From positions 2,513 to 66,512 of the forward strand of contig JAVVPX010000001.1 of NCBI GenBank assembly GCA_036655555.1: DNA of 64,000 nucleotides, read 5' to 3'. The translations under genes and the position numbers were made by a program. Below the pieces are notes generated by a model that was not told where the DNA came from, did no database searches, and was given only the letters and a program-made list of their open reading frames with translations. The first letter of the stretch is position 1. Each line of letters begins with the position of its first letter. Shown piece by piece: positions 32,071-42,200 of the stretch. The stretch comes from Bacteroidaceae bacterium. GTDB taxonomy: Bacteria; Bacteroidota; Bacteroidia; Bacteroidales; Bacteroidaceae.

Positions 32071-33339
32071 ATGAACAATCGATTTATAATAATAATCTTA
32101 CTTATCTGTAATAGCGCTAGTTATGCTCAACGCTTATCACTTGAAAACTATCGAGAACGAGTGTTGAATTATAGCTTAGTACTCAAGCAATCGAAAGAAG
32201 AAATCAGCGGAGCTATTGCCGGAAAAAAAATAGCATTCAAAGGATACCTGCCGTTTTTAGATGTCAACGCTAATGGTTCACTTGACTTGCGCGAAATAAA
32301 TACATGGACAGGTGAAGCGGGAGACTATCGCAATCATACTTATTCGGGAGAACTTGCTTTAGCACAACCACTCTACACAGGAGGTTTGCTCAAAGCTAAA
32401 AACAAGGTGGCTCAGAGCGACGTACAACTCAGCTATCTTAACCAAGAACTAACTCTCGACGAAATAAATTATCAGTCAGATGCCACTTATTGGAATGTTT
32501 CCGCTCGGCAAGCCCTTTATCATTCCGCACAAGAGTTTTATCAAATTATCAAAAAACAACATGACATTATTTCCGATCGCTTTACGGATGGAATGATTTC
32601 ACGTACTGATTTATTAATGATTTCCAACCGCCTCAAAGAAGCAGAGCTTCAGCAACTCATTGCTTTGAAAGATTATACGCTAGCTGCTCAAAGCATGAAT
32701 ATCTTAATGGGGTTATCGCCAAATGCTCCCATTGATTCGATTGCAAAGATTAGTATTTTTCAAGAACGCCCTGTGTTGTTGCCTTTAAGTGAAGTATTGT
32801 TGCGCCGTGCCGACTATCTGAATACAGAGATAAACATTACCCGACAAAAACAAATAAGTAAAATTGCAATAGCTAAATTTAATCCACAACTAAACTTTCA
32901 CGTCAACGGTGGTTGGGGAGATACTTCCCGTACCATCGGACGCAATCCGGTATTCTTTTCTATGGCAAACCTAAGCCTCAATATACCCATCCTTCGCTGG
33001 GGCGAAAGGAAGCAGACAAAAGCACAAGGTCAAGCCTTTTTAGTGATTAAAGAATTACAGCAGGACCTTATTGTTGACCGCATCAACGAACAACTCTGCG
33101 GAGCGAACACTAAAATAGCACAAAGTGAAAGTCAAGTAAAAATTGCTATCGAAAATACTAATTTAGCACAAGAAAACCTCGACATAGTAACGTTCTCTTA
33201 CAATGAAGGAAAAGCTTCTATGGTAGATGTACTAAGTGCTCAGCTATCGTGGGCACAAGCACAAAGCAATGTTATCAACGCTTATTTATCGCACAAAATG
33301 GCATTAACAGAATATAGGAAAGTTGTCTCGGAAGAATAA
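32071..33339 (+). CDS. TolC-family outer-membrane efflux protein
   Basis: QPLYTGG, FTDGMISRTDLL, YNEGKASMVDVLSAQ repeats; follows the RND genes. Confidence 0.92.
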   Translation: MNNRFIIIILLICNSASYAQRLSLENYRERVLNYSLVLKQSKEEISGAIAGKKIAFKGYLPFLDVNANGSLDLREINTWTGEAGDYRNHTYSGELALAQPLYTGGLLKAKNKVAQSDVQLSYLNQELTLDEINYQSDATYWNVSARQALYHSAQEFYQIIKKQHDIISDRFTDGMISRTDLLMISNRLKEAELQQLIALKDYTLAAQSMNILMGLSPNAPIDSIAKISIFQERPVLLPLSEVLLRRADYLNTEINITRQKQISKIAIAKFNPQLNFHVNGGWGDTSRTIGRNPVFFSMANLSLNIPILRWGERKQTKAQGQAFLVIKELQQDLIVDRINEQLCGANTKIAQSESQVKIAIENTNLAQENLDIVTFSYNEGKASMVDVLSAQLSWAQAQSNVINAYLSHKMALTEYRKVVSEE

Positions 33340-33446
33340 ATTATTCTAAAAGGAGAGTTCCATTTGTTTTTTTTGTACTTTTACCAAATGAAAGAGAAAG
33401 GGTCACTCCCTTTACAAGCGCGGAAAAAAGAAAAACAATATATAAA

Positions 33447-35174
33447 ATGAATCACAAATGGAATTATCAACTCCCTACACAAGAACAAATAGATGCAAGC
33501 CTAAACCTCTCTAAGGAAATAGGAATCAGTCCTATCCTTTGCAGGCTTTTATGCAAACGAGGAATAAATTCAGCCACAGAAGTGAGAAACTACTTCCGTC
33601 CACAACTCTCCGATTTACACGATCCCTTTTTAATGAAGGATATGGACAAGGCTGTTGAACGACTCAATCAAGCTTTAGGGAGGAAAGAACGTATTTTAGT
33701 TTATGGAGATTACGATGTAGACGGCACTACTGCCGTATCATTAGTTTATCGGTTCTTACAGCAATTTTATTCCGATATAGATTATTATATTCCCGACCGA
33801 TACGACGAAGGATATGGCATATCTATCAAAGGAATAGACTATGCCGTAGAATGTGGAGTCAAGTTGATTATCGTATTAGACTGCGGAATTAAAGCTGTCA
33901 ATGAGATTGCTTATGCCAAAGAAAAAGGTATCGATTTTATTATCTGCGATCATCATGTGCCGGATGAAATACTTCCGCCTGCCGTAGCTATTTTAAACGC
34001 AAAGCGCAAAGACGCTACTTATCCTTATAAGCATCTCTCAGGATGTGGAGTGGGATTTAAATTAATGCAAGGCTTTGCCATTAACAATGGCATTCCTTTT
34101 CGGGAACTTACTCCCCTACTCGATTTAGTAGCGGTAAGTATCGCTTCGGATATTGTTCCCATCATGGGCGAGAATCGTATCCTAACTTATCATGGACTAA
34201 AGCAACTCAATTCCAATCCAAGCGTAGGACTCAAAGCTATTATTGATATTTGTGGATTGAGTGAAAAGGAGATTACAGTAAGCGATATTGTATTTAAGAT
34301 AGGTCCTCGAATTAATGCTTCAGGGCGCATAGAGAATGGAAAAAAAGCGGTAGACTTACTCACAGAGAAAGACTTATCGGCTGCTTTAGAAAAAAGTAAT
34401 CAAATCAATCAATATAACGAGACTCGCAAAGACTTGGATAAGGCTATGACCGAAGAGGCGAATCATATTGTAGACTGTTTTGAGGATTTTAAAGATCAAC
34501 GTTCCATTGTTATCTATAATCCGGAGTGGCACAAAGGAGTTATTGGCATTGTAGCTTCCCGATTAACAGAAGTTTATTATCGTCCTGCCGTAGTACTTAC
34601 CCGTACTAATGATATGGCTACCGGTTCCGCTCGTTCGGTATCGGGGTTTGATGTATACAAAGCAATAGAGCATTGTCGAGATTTATTAGAAAACTTTGGT
34701 GGACACACCTATGCGGCAGGATTGTCGATGAAAATAGAGAATGTAGATTTGTTTACTAAACGATTCGAGGAATATGTATCACAACATATACTTCCCGAGC
34801 AAACAAACGCTACCGTAGATATTGATGCTGAAATAGATTTCAAAGATATTACTACAAAGTTCTACAACGACTTAAAAAAATTCAATCCCTTTGGACCTGA
34901 TAATCGCAAACCTGTTTTTTATACTCAGCACGTCTACGATTATGGTACAAGTAAAGTAGTGGGGCGAGAACAAGAACATATTAAATTGGAGCTAGTAGAC
35001 GATAAATCAAACAATGTAATGAACGGAATTGCTTTCGGGCAAAGTTCTCAAGCTCGATATATAAAGACAAAACGTTCCTTTGATATTTGCTATTCTATTG
35101 AGGAGAACACACATAAGCGTGGAGAAGTGCAGCTACAAATAGAAAGCATCAAGCCATCAAATAAAGATTTCTAG
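33447..35174 (+). CDS. recJ: Single-stranded-DNA exonuclease RecJ
   Basis: YGDYDVDG, LDCG, CDHH, PRINASGR, GSARS, FGGHTYAAG. Confidence 0.97.
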   Translation: MNHKWNYQLPTQEQIDASLNLSKEIGISPILCRLLCKRGINSATEVRNYFRPQLSDLHDPFLMKDMDKAVERLNQALGRKERILVYGDYDVDGTTAVSLVYRFLQQFYSDIDYYIPDRYDEGYGISIKGIDYAVECGVKLIIVLDCGIKAVNEIAYAKEKGIDFIICDHHVPDEILPPAVAILNAKRKDATYPYKHLSGCGVGFKLMQGFAINNGIPFRELTPLLDLVAVSIASDIVPIMGENRILTYHGLKQLNSNPSVGLKAIIDICGLSEKEITVSDIVFKIGPRINASGRIENGKKAVDLLTEKDLSAALEKSNQINQYNETRKDLDKAMTEEANHIVDCFEDFKDQRSIVIYNPEWHKGVIGIVASRLTEVYYRPAVVLTRTNDMATGSARSVSGFDVYKAIEHCRDLLENFGGHTYAAGLSMKIENVDLFTKRFEEYVSQHILPEQTNATVDIDAEIDFKDITTKFYNDLKKFNPFGPDNRKPVFYTQHVYDYGTSKVVGREQEHIKLELVDDKSNNVMNGIAFGQSSQARYIKTKRSFDICYSIEENTHKRGEVQLQIESIKPSNKDF

Positions 35175-35178
35175 TACG

Positions 35179-37113
35179 ATGACTTATCATCAGATACTGA
35201 AACAATATTGGGGATATGATGAATTCAGAGGCATACAAGAAGACATCATTCAAAGCATTAGTCAAGGGAAAGATACCCTTGGACTAATGCCTACGGGAGG
35301 TGGAAAATCTATTACCTTTCAAGTACCGGCGTTAGCACAAGAAGGTTTGTGCATTGTAGTTACCCCCCTTATCGCCTTGATGAAAGATCAAGTACAGAAT
35401 CTTCGCCAACGAGGCATCAAAGCTGTTGCTATCTATTCGGGGATGAGTAGACAAGAGATTATTATTGCTTTAGAGAACTGTATTTTTGGTGATTACAAGT
35501 TCTTATATGTTTCGCCCGAGCGATTAGATACAGACATATTCAAGGTCAAACTTCGGGCTATGAAAGTGAGTATGATTACTATCGACGAATCTCATTGTAT
35601 CTCTCAATGGGGTTATGATTTCCGACCATCATACTTAAAAATTGCTGATATTCGACAACTATTACCGAATGTTCCCGTATTAGCACTAACCGCCACTGCT
35701 ACTCCCGAAGTGGTGGAAGATATTCAAGAACGTTTGCTCTTTAGGAAGAAGAACGTGTTTAAGATGAGCTTTGAACGGAAAAATATCGCATATATCGTAC
35801 GTAAGGCAGATAAAAAAGAAGAGGAACTACTACACATACTTAATCGTATGTCGGGTAGCGCAATTGTATATGCACGCAGTAGGAAAGAGACAAAAGAACT
35901 TACCAAGTTGTTGCATCATAACAATATCACAGCCGAATATTATCATGCGGGATTATCGAATGAAGCAAAGGACGACCGACAAAAGAAGTGGCAGATGGGA
36001 GAAGCACGAGTAATGGTAGCTACCAATGCTTTTGGTATGGGAATAGATAAGGCGGATGTTAGATTAGTTATTCACATGGGAATGCCCGATTCGCCCGAAG
36101 CTTATTTTCAAGAAGCAGGAAGAGCAGGCAGAGATGGAGATAAAGCGTATGCCGTAATGCTCTATACAAACACCGATAAAAGTAACGTAAGCCGACGAAT
36201 AGCAAGTACTTTCCCGGAAAAAGAATATATTAAGGATGTATACGAACATCTAAATTATTACTACCAAATGGCGATGGGCGATGGACAAGGATGTACATTC
36301 GAATTTAATTTAGAAGAATTTTGTTATAAGTTTAAGTACTTTCCCGTGCCGGCAGACAGTGCGCTAAAAATACTTACTCAAGCGGGATATATTGAATATA
36401 CCGACGAACAAGATAATCCTTCGCGACTTATCTTTACTGTTCAGCGCGATGAACTTTATCGTGTTCGAGAACAAAACAAAGAGACCGAAGCTCTTCTTCT
36501 TGCCATACTTCGTAGTTACACCGGCGTATTCACTGATTATGTATATATCCGTGAAGATGCTTTAGCGCAGATGACAGGACTTACCCGCGAACAGATATAT
36601 GAGCTACTAATTTCATTGTCACATCGACATATTCTCGATTACATTCCTCGTAAGAAAACTCCATTCGTAGTCTATACTCGGGAACGAATAGATGTTGGTC
36701 ACCTCCATATTTCTAAAGCAGTTTATGAAGATCGCAAAGAGAAATATACAACCCGCATTCAAGCAATGCTTCAATATGTGAATGACAACACTGCTTGCCG
36801 AAGCAGATATTTGCTTCGCTATTTTGGAGAAAAGAATCTTCACAACTGTCAACAGTGCGATGTTTGTCTGTCGAAGCACTCTTCCAAACTAAAGACAGGA
36901 GAATTTAATAGTAAACAAGAGCTCATTTTGCAAGCCTTGAACAAGCAATCTTTCTCTATTCAAGACTTAATAGAACAACTTCACCCGAATACCGAAACCG
37001 AGAAAGAACATTTTTTGACGGTTCTCGAATATCTTATAGATGCTAAGGAGCTGATAATGGATAACGACAAAATAAAGATAAACGAACTACATTCCCAACG
37101 GGAACTTCAGTAG
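35179..37113 (+). CDS. recQ: RecQ-family ATP-dependent DNA helicase
   Basis: MPTGGGKS, DESHCISQWGYDFRP, ATNAFGMGIDK, QEAGRAGRDG, Zn-binding CR...CQQCDVC. Confidence 0.95.
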   Translation: MTYHQILKQYWGYDEFRGIQEDIIQSISQGKDTLGLMPTGGGKSITFQVPALAQEGLCIVVTPLIALMKDQVQNLRQRGIKAVAIYSGMSRQEIIIALENCIFGDYKFLYVSPERLDTDIFKVKLRAMKVSMITIDESHCISQWGYDFRPSYLKIADIRQLLPNVPVLALTATATPEVVEDIQERLLFRKKNVFKMSFERKNIAYIVRKADKKEEELLHILNRMSGSAIVYARSRKETKELTKLLHHNNITAEYYHAGLSNEAKDDRQKKWQMGEARVMVATNAFGMGIDKADVRLVIHMGMPDSPEAYFQEAGRAGRDGDKAYAVMLYTNTDKSNVSRRIASTFPEKEYIKDVYEHLNYYYQMAMGDGQGCTFEFNLEEFCYKFKYFPVPADSALKILTQAGYIEYTDEQDNPSRLIFTVQRDELYRVREQNKETEALLLAILRSYTGVFTDYVYIREDALAQMTGLTREQIYELLISLSHRHILDYIPRKKTPFVVYTRERIDVGHLHISKAVYEDRKEKYTTRIQAMLQYVNDNTACRSRYLLRYFGEKNLHNCQQCDVCLSKHSSKLKTGEFNSKQELILQALNKQSFSIQDLIEQLHPNTETEKEHFLTVLEYLIDAKELIMDNDKIKINELHSQRELQ

Positions 37114-38532
37114 ATACCAAACTACAAACAGTAGTATCCAAGCCAAAAAAATGCAAAAAGAATATCGCCAAGTATATTTCAGTAAAGAAACATACGAAGA
37201 TTGTTTGTCGTACTGCAACATATACGACAAGACCAAGGGCAGATAAAAAAGGAAAGGACTAATCGCATTCGTCGTACTATCTCCTATTCGATAAGCGCAT
37301 TGAGTCCATTCGGGAGTTATACCCATAGCAGCAAACATGGGTACAAATATAAAAGAGATAAGAACCCATTTAGAAGTAGAAGATGTTATAATAAGATTTA
37401 TTACAGCCGTGAAAAGGATGAAGAGCAACAATGCACTTAACCCCGTTACTCGAAGGGAAGAAAACAAATTAGCACTAAAGACAGCAAAGCATTTATCTAA
37501 ATGGGAATACTCTATGCAGGCAAACATTTGAGAAGCAAAGAAAATAATTACAAAATAAACAGAGAGTAAAGACATTGGTTGCGACAATCCTTTGATAACA
37601 TCTGAATCTGAGCGATAACGACCTGAAGCGAAACCGTAAACAAGCCCCATTAATCCGATACCAAAAGAGAGTAAGAATATTGTTCCGGCAATAAAAGGCG
37701 AACGAGTTATACCTCCGGTAATTCCTCTTAGAATGCCCCACGGTGATAAGGTGGCAAACGCAATAATAAGCACATAAAATCCGCCTACTAATAAAGATAA
37801 ATACAAAGCTCTCCGCTCTTTGCCGGATAATTGTTTGTATCCGTTAAAACTACTCTTCCCTTCGTACGCACCCAACAGCGGAGATAAATACTTCTTCGTT
37901 AGCCAATAAATAACTCCTCCAATAATAAAAGTAGAAATAGACATGAAATAATAATTAGAAAATGCGCCTACATTACTTTGATGCAACCCTGCGGCTTCTT
38001 GAGTGTAGCGAGCTAACAAAGGATCGAGAGTATTCAAAAATAAATTGGCACTAAAGCCGCACGACACGGAGACGTAGGCTGTTATAATGCCTGCGATTGG
38101 ATGCAAACCTACTGAATGAAACAAAATAGCGGCAATAGGGATTAAAATAATATATCCGGCATCGCCAATCACATTGGAGACTAGTCCTAAAAGAATCACC
38201 AATATCATAACAAAAGATTTGTTCATCCGATCTTTTAATCCTTGTCGAATGCACACGTTAATAAGTCCGGCGTGTTCTGCTACTCCAATGCCCAAAAGAG
38301 TAACCATCACCATTCCTAAAGGAGCAAAGTCGGTAAAATTACTAACTACGTGACGTAGCCACCAACGTATGCCTTCGGGACTAAGCAAACTTTGTACTTT
38401 GATAACTTCCCCTGTACCCGGATGCGTAACCTTCAGTTCGTAGACATCTAATATCCACGAAAGAAAAACAACCGTGAGCATAAGCAACAAAAACATCGTT
38501 GCCGGGTGAAGTATCTTAGTTTTATTCTTCAT
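37087..38532 (-). CDS. AbgT-family transporter (p-aminobenzoyl-glutamate / YdaH-MtrF-like)
   Basis: HPATMF, SLLSPEGIRW, NFTDFAPLG, HPIAG, AYRIGDSTTNAISP. Confidence 0.9.
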   Translation of the reverse strand: MKNKTKILHPATMFLLLMLTVVFLSWILDVYELKVTHPGTGEVIKVQSLLSPEGIRWWLRHVVSNFTDFAPLGMVMVTLLGIGVAEHAGLINVCIRQGLKDRMNKSFVMILVILLGLVSNVIGDAGYIILIPIAAILFHSVGLHPIAGIITAYVSVSCGFSANLFLNTLDPLLARYTQEAAGLHQSNVGAFSNYYFMSISTFIIGGVIYWLTKKYLSPLLGAYEGKSSFNGYKQLSGKERRALYLSLLVGGFYVLIIAFATLSPWGILRGITGGITRSPFIAGTIFLLSFGIGLMGLVYGFASGRYRSDSDVIKGLSQPMSLLSVYFVIIFFASQMFACIEYSHLDKCFAVFSANLFSSLRVTGLSALLLFILFTAVINLIITSSTSKWVLISFIFVPMFAAMGITPEWTQCAYRIGDSTTNAISPFLFYLPLVLSYMLQYDKQSSYVSLLKYTWRYSFCIFLAWILLFVVWYLLKFPLGM

Positions 38533-39253
38533 CAGGTTCTAAATTATCTATATCAAGAACACGCAATTGCAAAGCACGCACTACCAAACAAGTGGCATTT
38601 ACCCCTGCTCGCTCATCTCCCGCAAAGAAACGATTGATTAAGTCTACTTGACGTTTTTCTAAAGACTTCACGCCAAAAGGCATTCCTTTGAGATTGGCTA
38701 TCATTTCTTTGGTATAACCCAGTGCCAAATGACGAAGGAAACGTTCATCATATTCGTCTATATCGTAATTGATTACTGTTTCCTGACGTTTAATATCGTT
38801 AGCGAGAGAACGTTTGAAGCGTTCCACTATCTTTTCCAATATAGGATAATTAAAAACTAACTTTTTGCCATCCATCACTGCCTGTACATCTGTTTTGGTA
38901 AGCAGTTCTCCGGTCTTTAAGATAATGCCATCGGCTCCCGCATTAAGTACATCTACCCATAACTTCTCGTTTAGTACTTCGCCCGTAAAGATAAGTACTC
39001 TCACCTCTTTGTATTTGTCACGAATGTTTTTACAAATATCCACGCCTATAGTAGTGGAGCCTCCTAAACCTAAGTCGAGCAATACAAGATCCGGAACTTG
39101 TAACTCTATGAGCGACCAGAACTCTTTTTCTGTCATTGCCGTACCAATCACTTCGGCATTAGGTATCTCGTGACGAAATATTTCCTCCGTACCTTTTAGC
39201 TCTAGTTTTACGTCTTCTACAATGATTACTTTAAATTTAGTGTCTTCTATCAT
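38522..39253 (-). CDS. Response regulator (REC plus divergent LuxR/NarL-like HTH; DUF5932-like by recall)
   Basis: Start reassigned to ATG 39253 (MIEDTKF). Motifs IIVED, DLVLLDL (phospho-Asp), LIFTG, IILK, and C-terminal FLRHLALGYTKEMIA HTH. Confidence 0.85.
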   Translation of the reverse strand: MIEDTKFKVIIVEDVKLELKGTEEIFRHEIPNAEVIGTAMTEKEFWSLIELQVPDLVLLDLGLGGSTTIGVDICKNIRDKYKEVRVLIFTGEVLNEKLWVDVLNAGADGIILKTGELLTKTDVQAVMDGKKLVFNYPILEKIVERFKRSLANDIKRQETVINYDIDEYDERFLRHLALGYTKEMIANLKGMPFGVKSLEKRQVDLINRFFAGDERAGVNATCLVVRALQLRVLDIDNLEPDEE

Positions 39254-39267
39254 CTTTTTCTGTATTA

Positions 39268-42200
39268 TTATCTCTTTGGAATTGTGAAATACACTGTGAA
39301 CCCTCCTTGTGGGCAAGATTCCGCATTGATACGGCAACCTCTTCGTCCGGCAAACTCATCGTGTTCACGAACTATCTGTTTGCACAACAAATATTCCGTA
39401 CCTCTCAGTCGTCCTTCATCATCTGTTGTAAGGAGTGAAAGCGAAGGATAAAAGAGTAGGTTCAATTGCTCCGTAGAACGTTCCCTTCGGCTATCTGTAA
39501 AAAGGAAACGAACATACTCTCCATCGGTAATTGCCTCTAAATTAAGCCTGCCATCTTCGGCAAACGAAAGTGCTTCGTCGATTAAATTCTCTAACAAGTA
39601 TTTTAGCTGAACGTCATCTCCCGAAATCTTTAAGTTAGAAGGGCTTAGGCAAAGCTCTACATTGTTGGATATACGCTTAACCGCTTTCTTAAAATACTTA
39701 TGAGTAGCTGTAAAAAGCTCATCAACTTCAATTGTGCTTCGTCTAAAGGTGGCTGCTTCTAGTTGACGAGCAGCGCAAGAACTTAAGATTGTAAAAATGC
39801 TCTTGTAATAGTCTATCAATTCATTTATAGACTTTATGTTTTCTTTTTCTTCGTTCAAGGTAGCGAATGCTCCGCTATTGAGTTTGTCGATAATTTGCTT
39901 TATCTTATTAGGGTAATAGATAGTTTCGTGTTTAATGGTGGACAAACAATTATCTAATACCATATTTTGAATATGCAATAAGCCATCTTCCCATGAAGCA
40001 CGTCGTACCTCGTCTTGGGTAGATTCTATGTCCCGATAGCTATTTGCTAGTTTAACTACCGCGTTAAATACCACGATTCCTACGTATCTAGCTATCAATT
40101 CAAACAATAAACGATCGGCTTCCTCCCCTATTCCTTCTTCTTTTATCAATGTTAGTACTCCCACACAACGGGAAGTTTCTCCTACTTCTATCAACAAAGG
40201 CATTGCTCCAATATCGTTATGGGATAGAAAAGTCTGCTTCGCGAAACAGTTTTTCATCAACTCTTCTATTTTTTCCTTGTCTTCGGCAGGTAGTTCAGAC
40301 GAATGATTAAACACGCATTCTAATTTTTGTGTATCTTCGTTGAATACTGCAATTGCCATTTTATTGATAATCAACAATTCGTTAACGGCATCGAACACAT
40401 CATCTACTATTCGCTGAGGAATTTCGTTCAAACTTATTTCTTCTTCCTGCACATTTTCTTTCGAAATAGGGAGAGGTACTAAAGAAGCTGCGAATATTTG
40501 TCGATTAATCTCTAGTATTTGTTCCAAGTTACGACGATAAAGGAGTGGTTTACGCAGATAAATGAAATAATAACCTACTAGCAACACGAGCAAAAGTACA
40601 ATGCAAAGCAACATACCCACTTCTTTGTTGTTAGTAGAGTGCTCTAGGCTACGACAATATTCTGCTAAAGAAAAATCTTCGCCAAGTAATTTATATAAAG
40701 CACTATAAGCTGCATTATTGTATTTATAAGCTTCCCAATCCTTTATGCCAAGAAAAGCAACAGCCGCCTCATTTCGTATATCGAGAATAATATGAAAGTC
40801 GGTGTCGAACATTTTATTCCACCAATCTATCTCAGCAGGCGTACCTCTTCCCTTTAATTCCATTTTATTATTACTTCCGGAATAAAGCAAATAATGAGTA
40901 TTAAGTTTGCTCATTGCTGAATCTATATATTGCAAAGTCAATGGATAATTTCCTTCTACATTACTATAATAGGCAGAGTCGGCAAAAAGGGAGGCTTCAC
41001 TCAGTAATTGATCGTATTCCATATTGGAAGTACCGGCTAACGAATCGGTTTGTGACAAAAGTGATTGCGTTTGAGCGGAACGAGTGCAAGCAACAAACGA
41101 ATTTCCTAACGTGAACACACAAAGCCATAATAACAATGTTTTGCGTATGCCTATCGGTAAACGAAAAGAGAAGCGACTTCCTTTGCCTAATTCACTTTCG
41201 ACATTGAACCTGCATACATTAAATATTTCGTTCGTCTTACGATACTTTTCGATAATTCCTCTACAATTCATTAAACCAAAGCCGCTACCTTTATTCTTCT
41301 TTAGTTCTTCGGCATCTTCTCCCACCGACATTCCTATTTGTCCCGAATCATATACCTTTTCGCCAACAATGCGTGCAATATCTTCTTGAGACAATCCCAT
41401 ACCGGTATCTTCTATTGATATTTCCACATAATTATTTTCACCCTTAGCCTCTATTTTCACTATTCCGCCTTGTGGAGTATATTTACGGGCATTGTCCATT
41501 AAAGTATTTATCATGAACAGTGTCAACGCTCTATCGGCTTTCACAATTTCGTTCGTCTCTGCTATTTGTAGTGACTGTTGTTTCATTTCAAAAGTCTTGC
41601 GACCTTTAGCAACCACATCGAATAGCTCTGACAGGGGAAAGTTCTCTATATTTAAACTCAATGAACCTTGTTTTGTTTTTATCCAAAGAGCCAGAATGTC
41701 ATTGTACTCATTTATTTTTGTGATAAGCTCATCTATATAAGCATATTTGTCTTTCCGCATCGTTTCGTTGGAAAAAAACTTATCAGCCATAAGTTTGCTC
41801 ACTTCGTTAATCACTCTATCCATAAAAGGATTGATGCCATTGGCAATAGCCAAGCAGGCTTTCTTTACTAAGTTCTGTCGCTTGTTTTCACGAATGTGTT
41901 GTTCGTAAACGTAACGTTGTTTATCGAGGCGATGACGCTCATCGCTCAAAGAGATAAGCATTAATCCGTTGTTGAGCGTCCATGCAATGTAGGGAGTGAT
42001 GATGTTGGCTAATGCCTTTTCATCTTTCGATAGTTTATGTTGCGAATATAGTTCTAGCTGCCCAATAGGATTAGTTTTATCCGGAACAGTCAGATTAAAC
42101 ACGGATTTTATTCTTTTATCCGCGACATCCTGTTCTTCGTTCTCTTCCGAGCCTACCGTTTTAATGCGGAATGAAGAGATACCAAAAAGGAGTTGCATAT

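Noticed and set aside
27953-33339. RND triad as a horizontally acquired resistance island
   Set aside because: No integrase, IS ends, target duplications or evident compositional shift; it looks like an ordinary chromosomal efflux operon.
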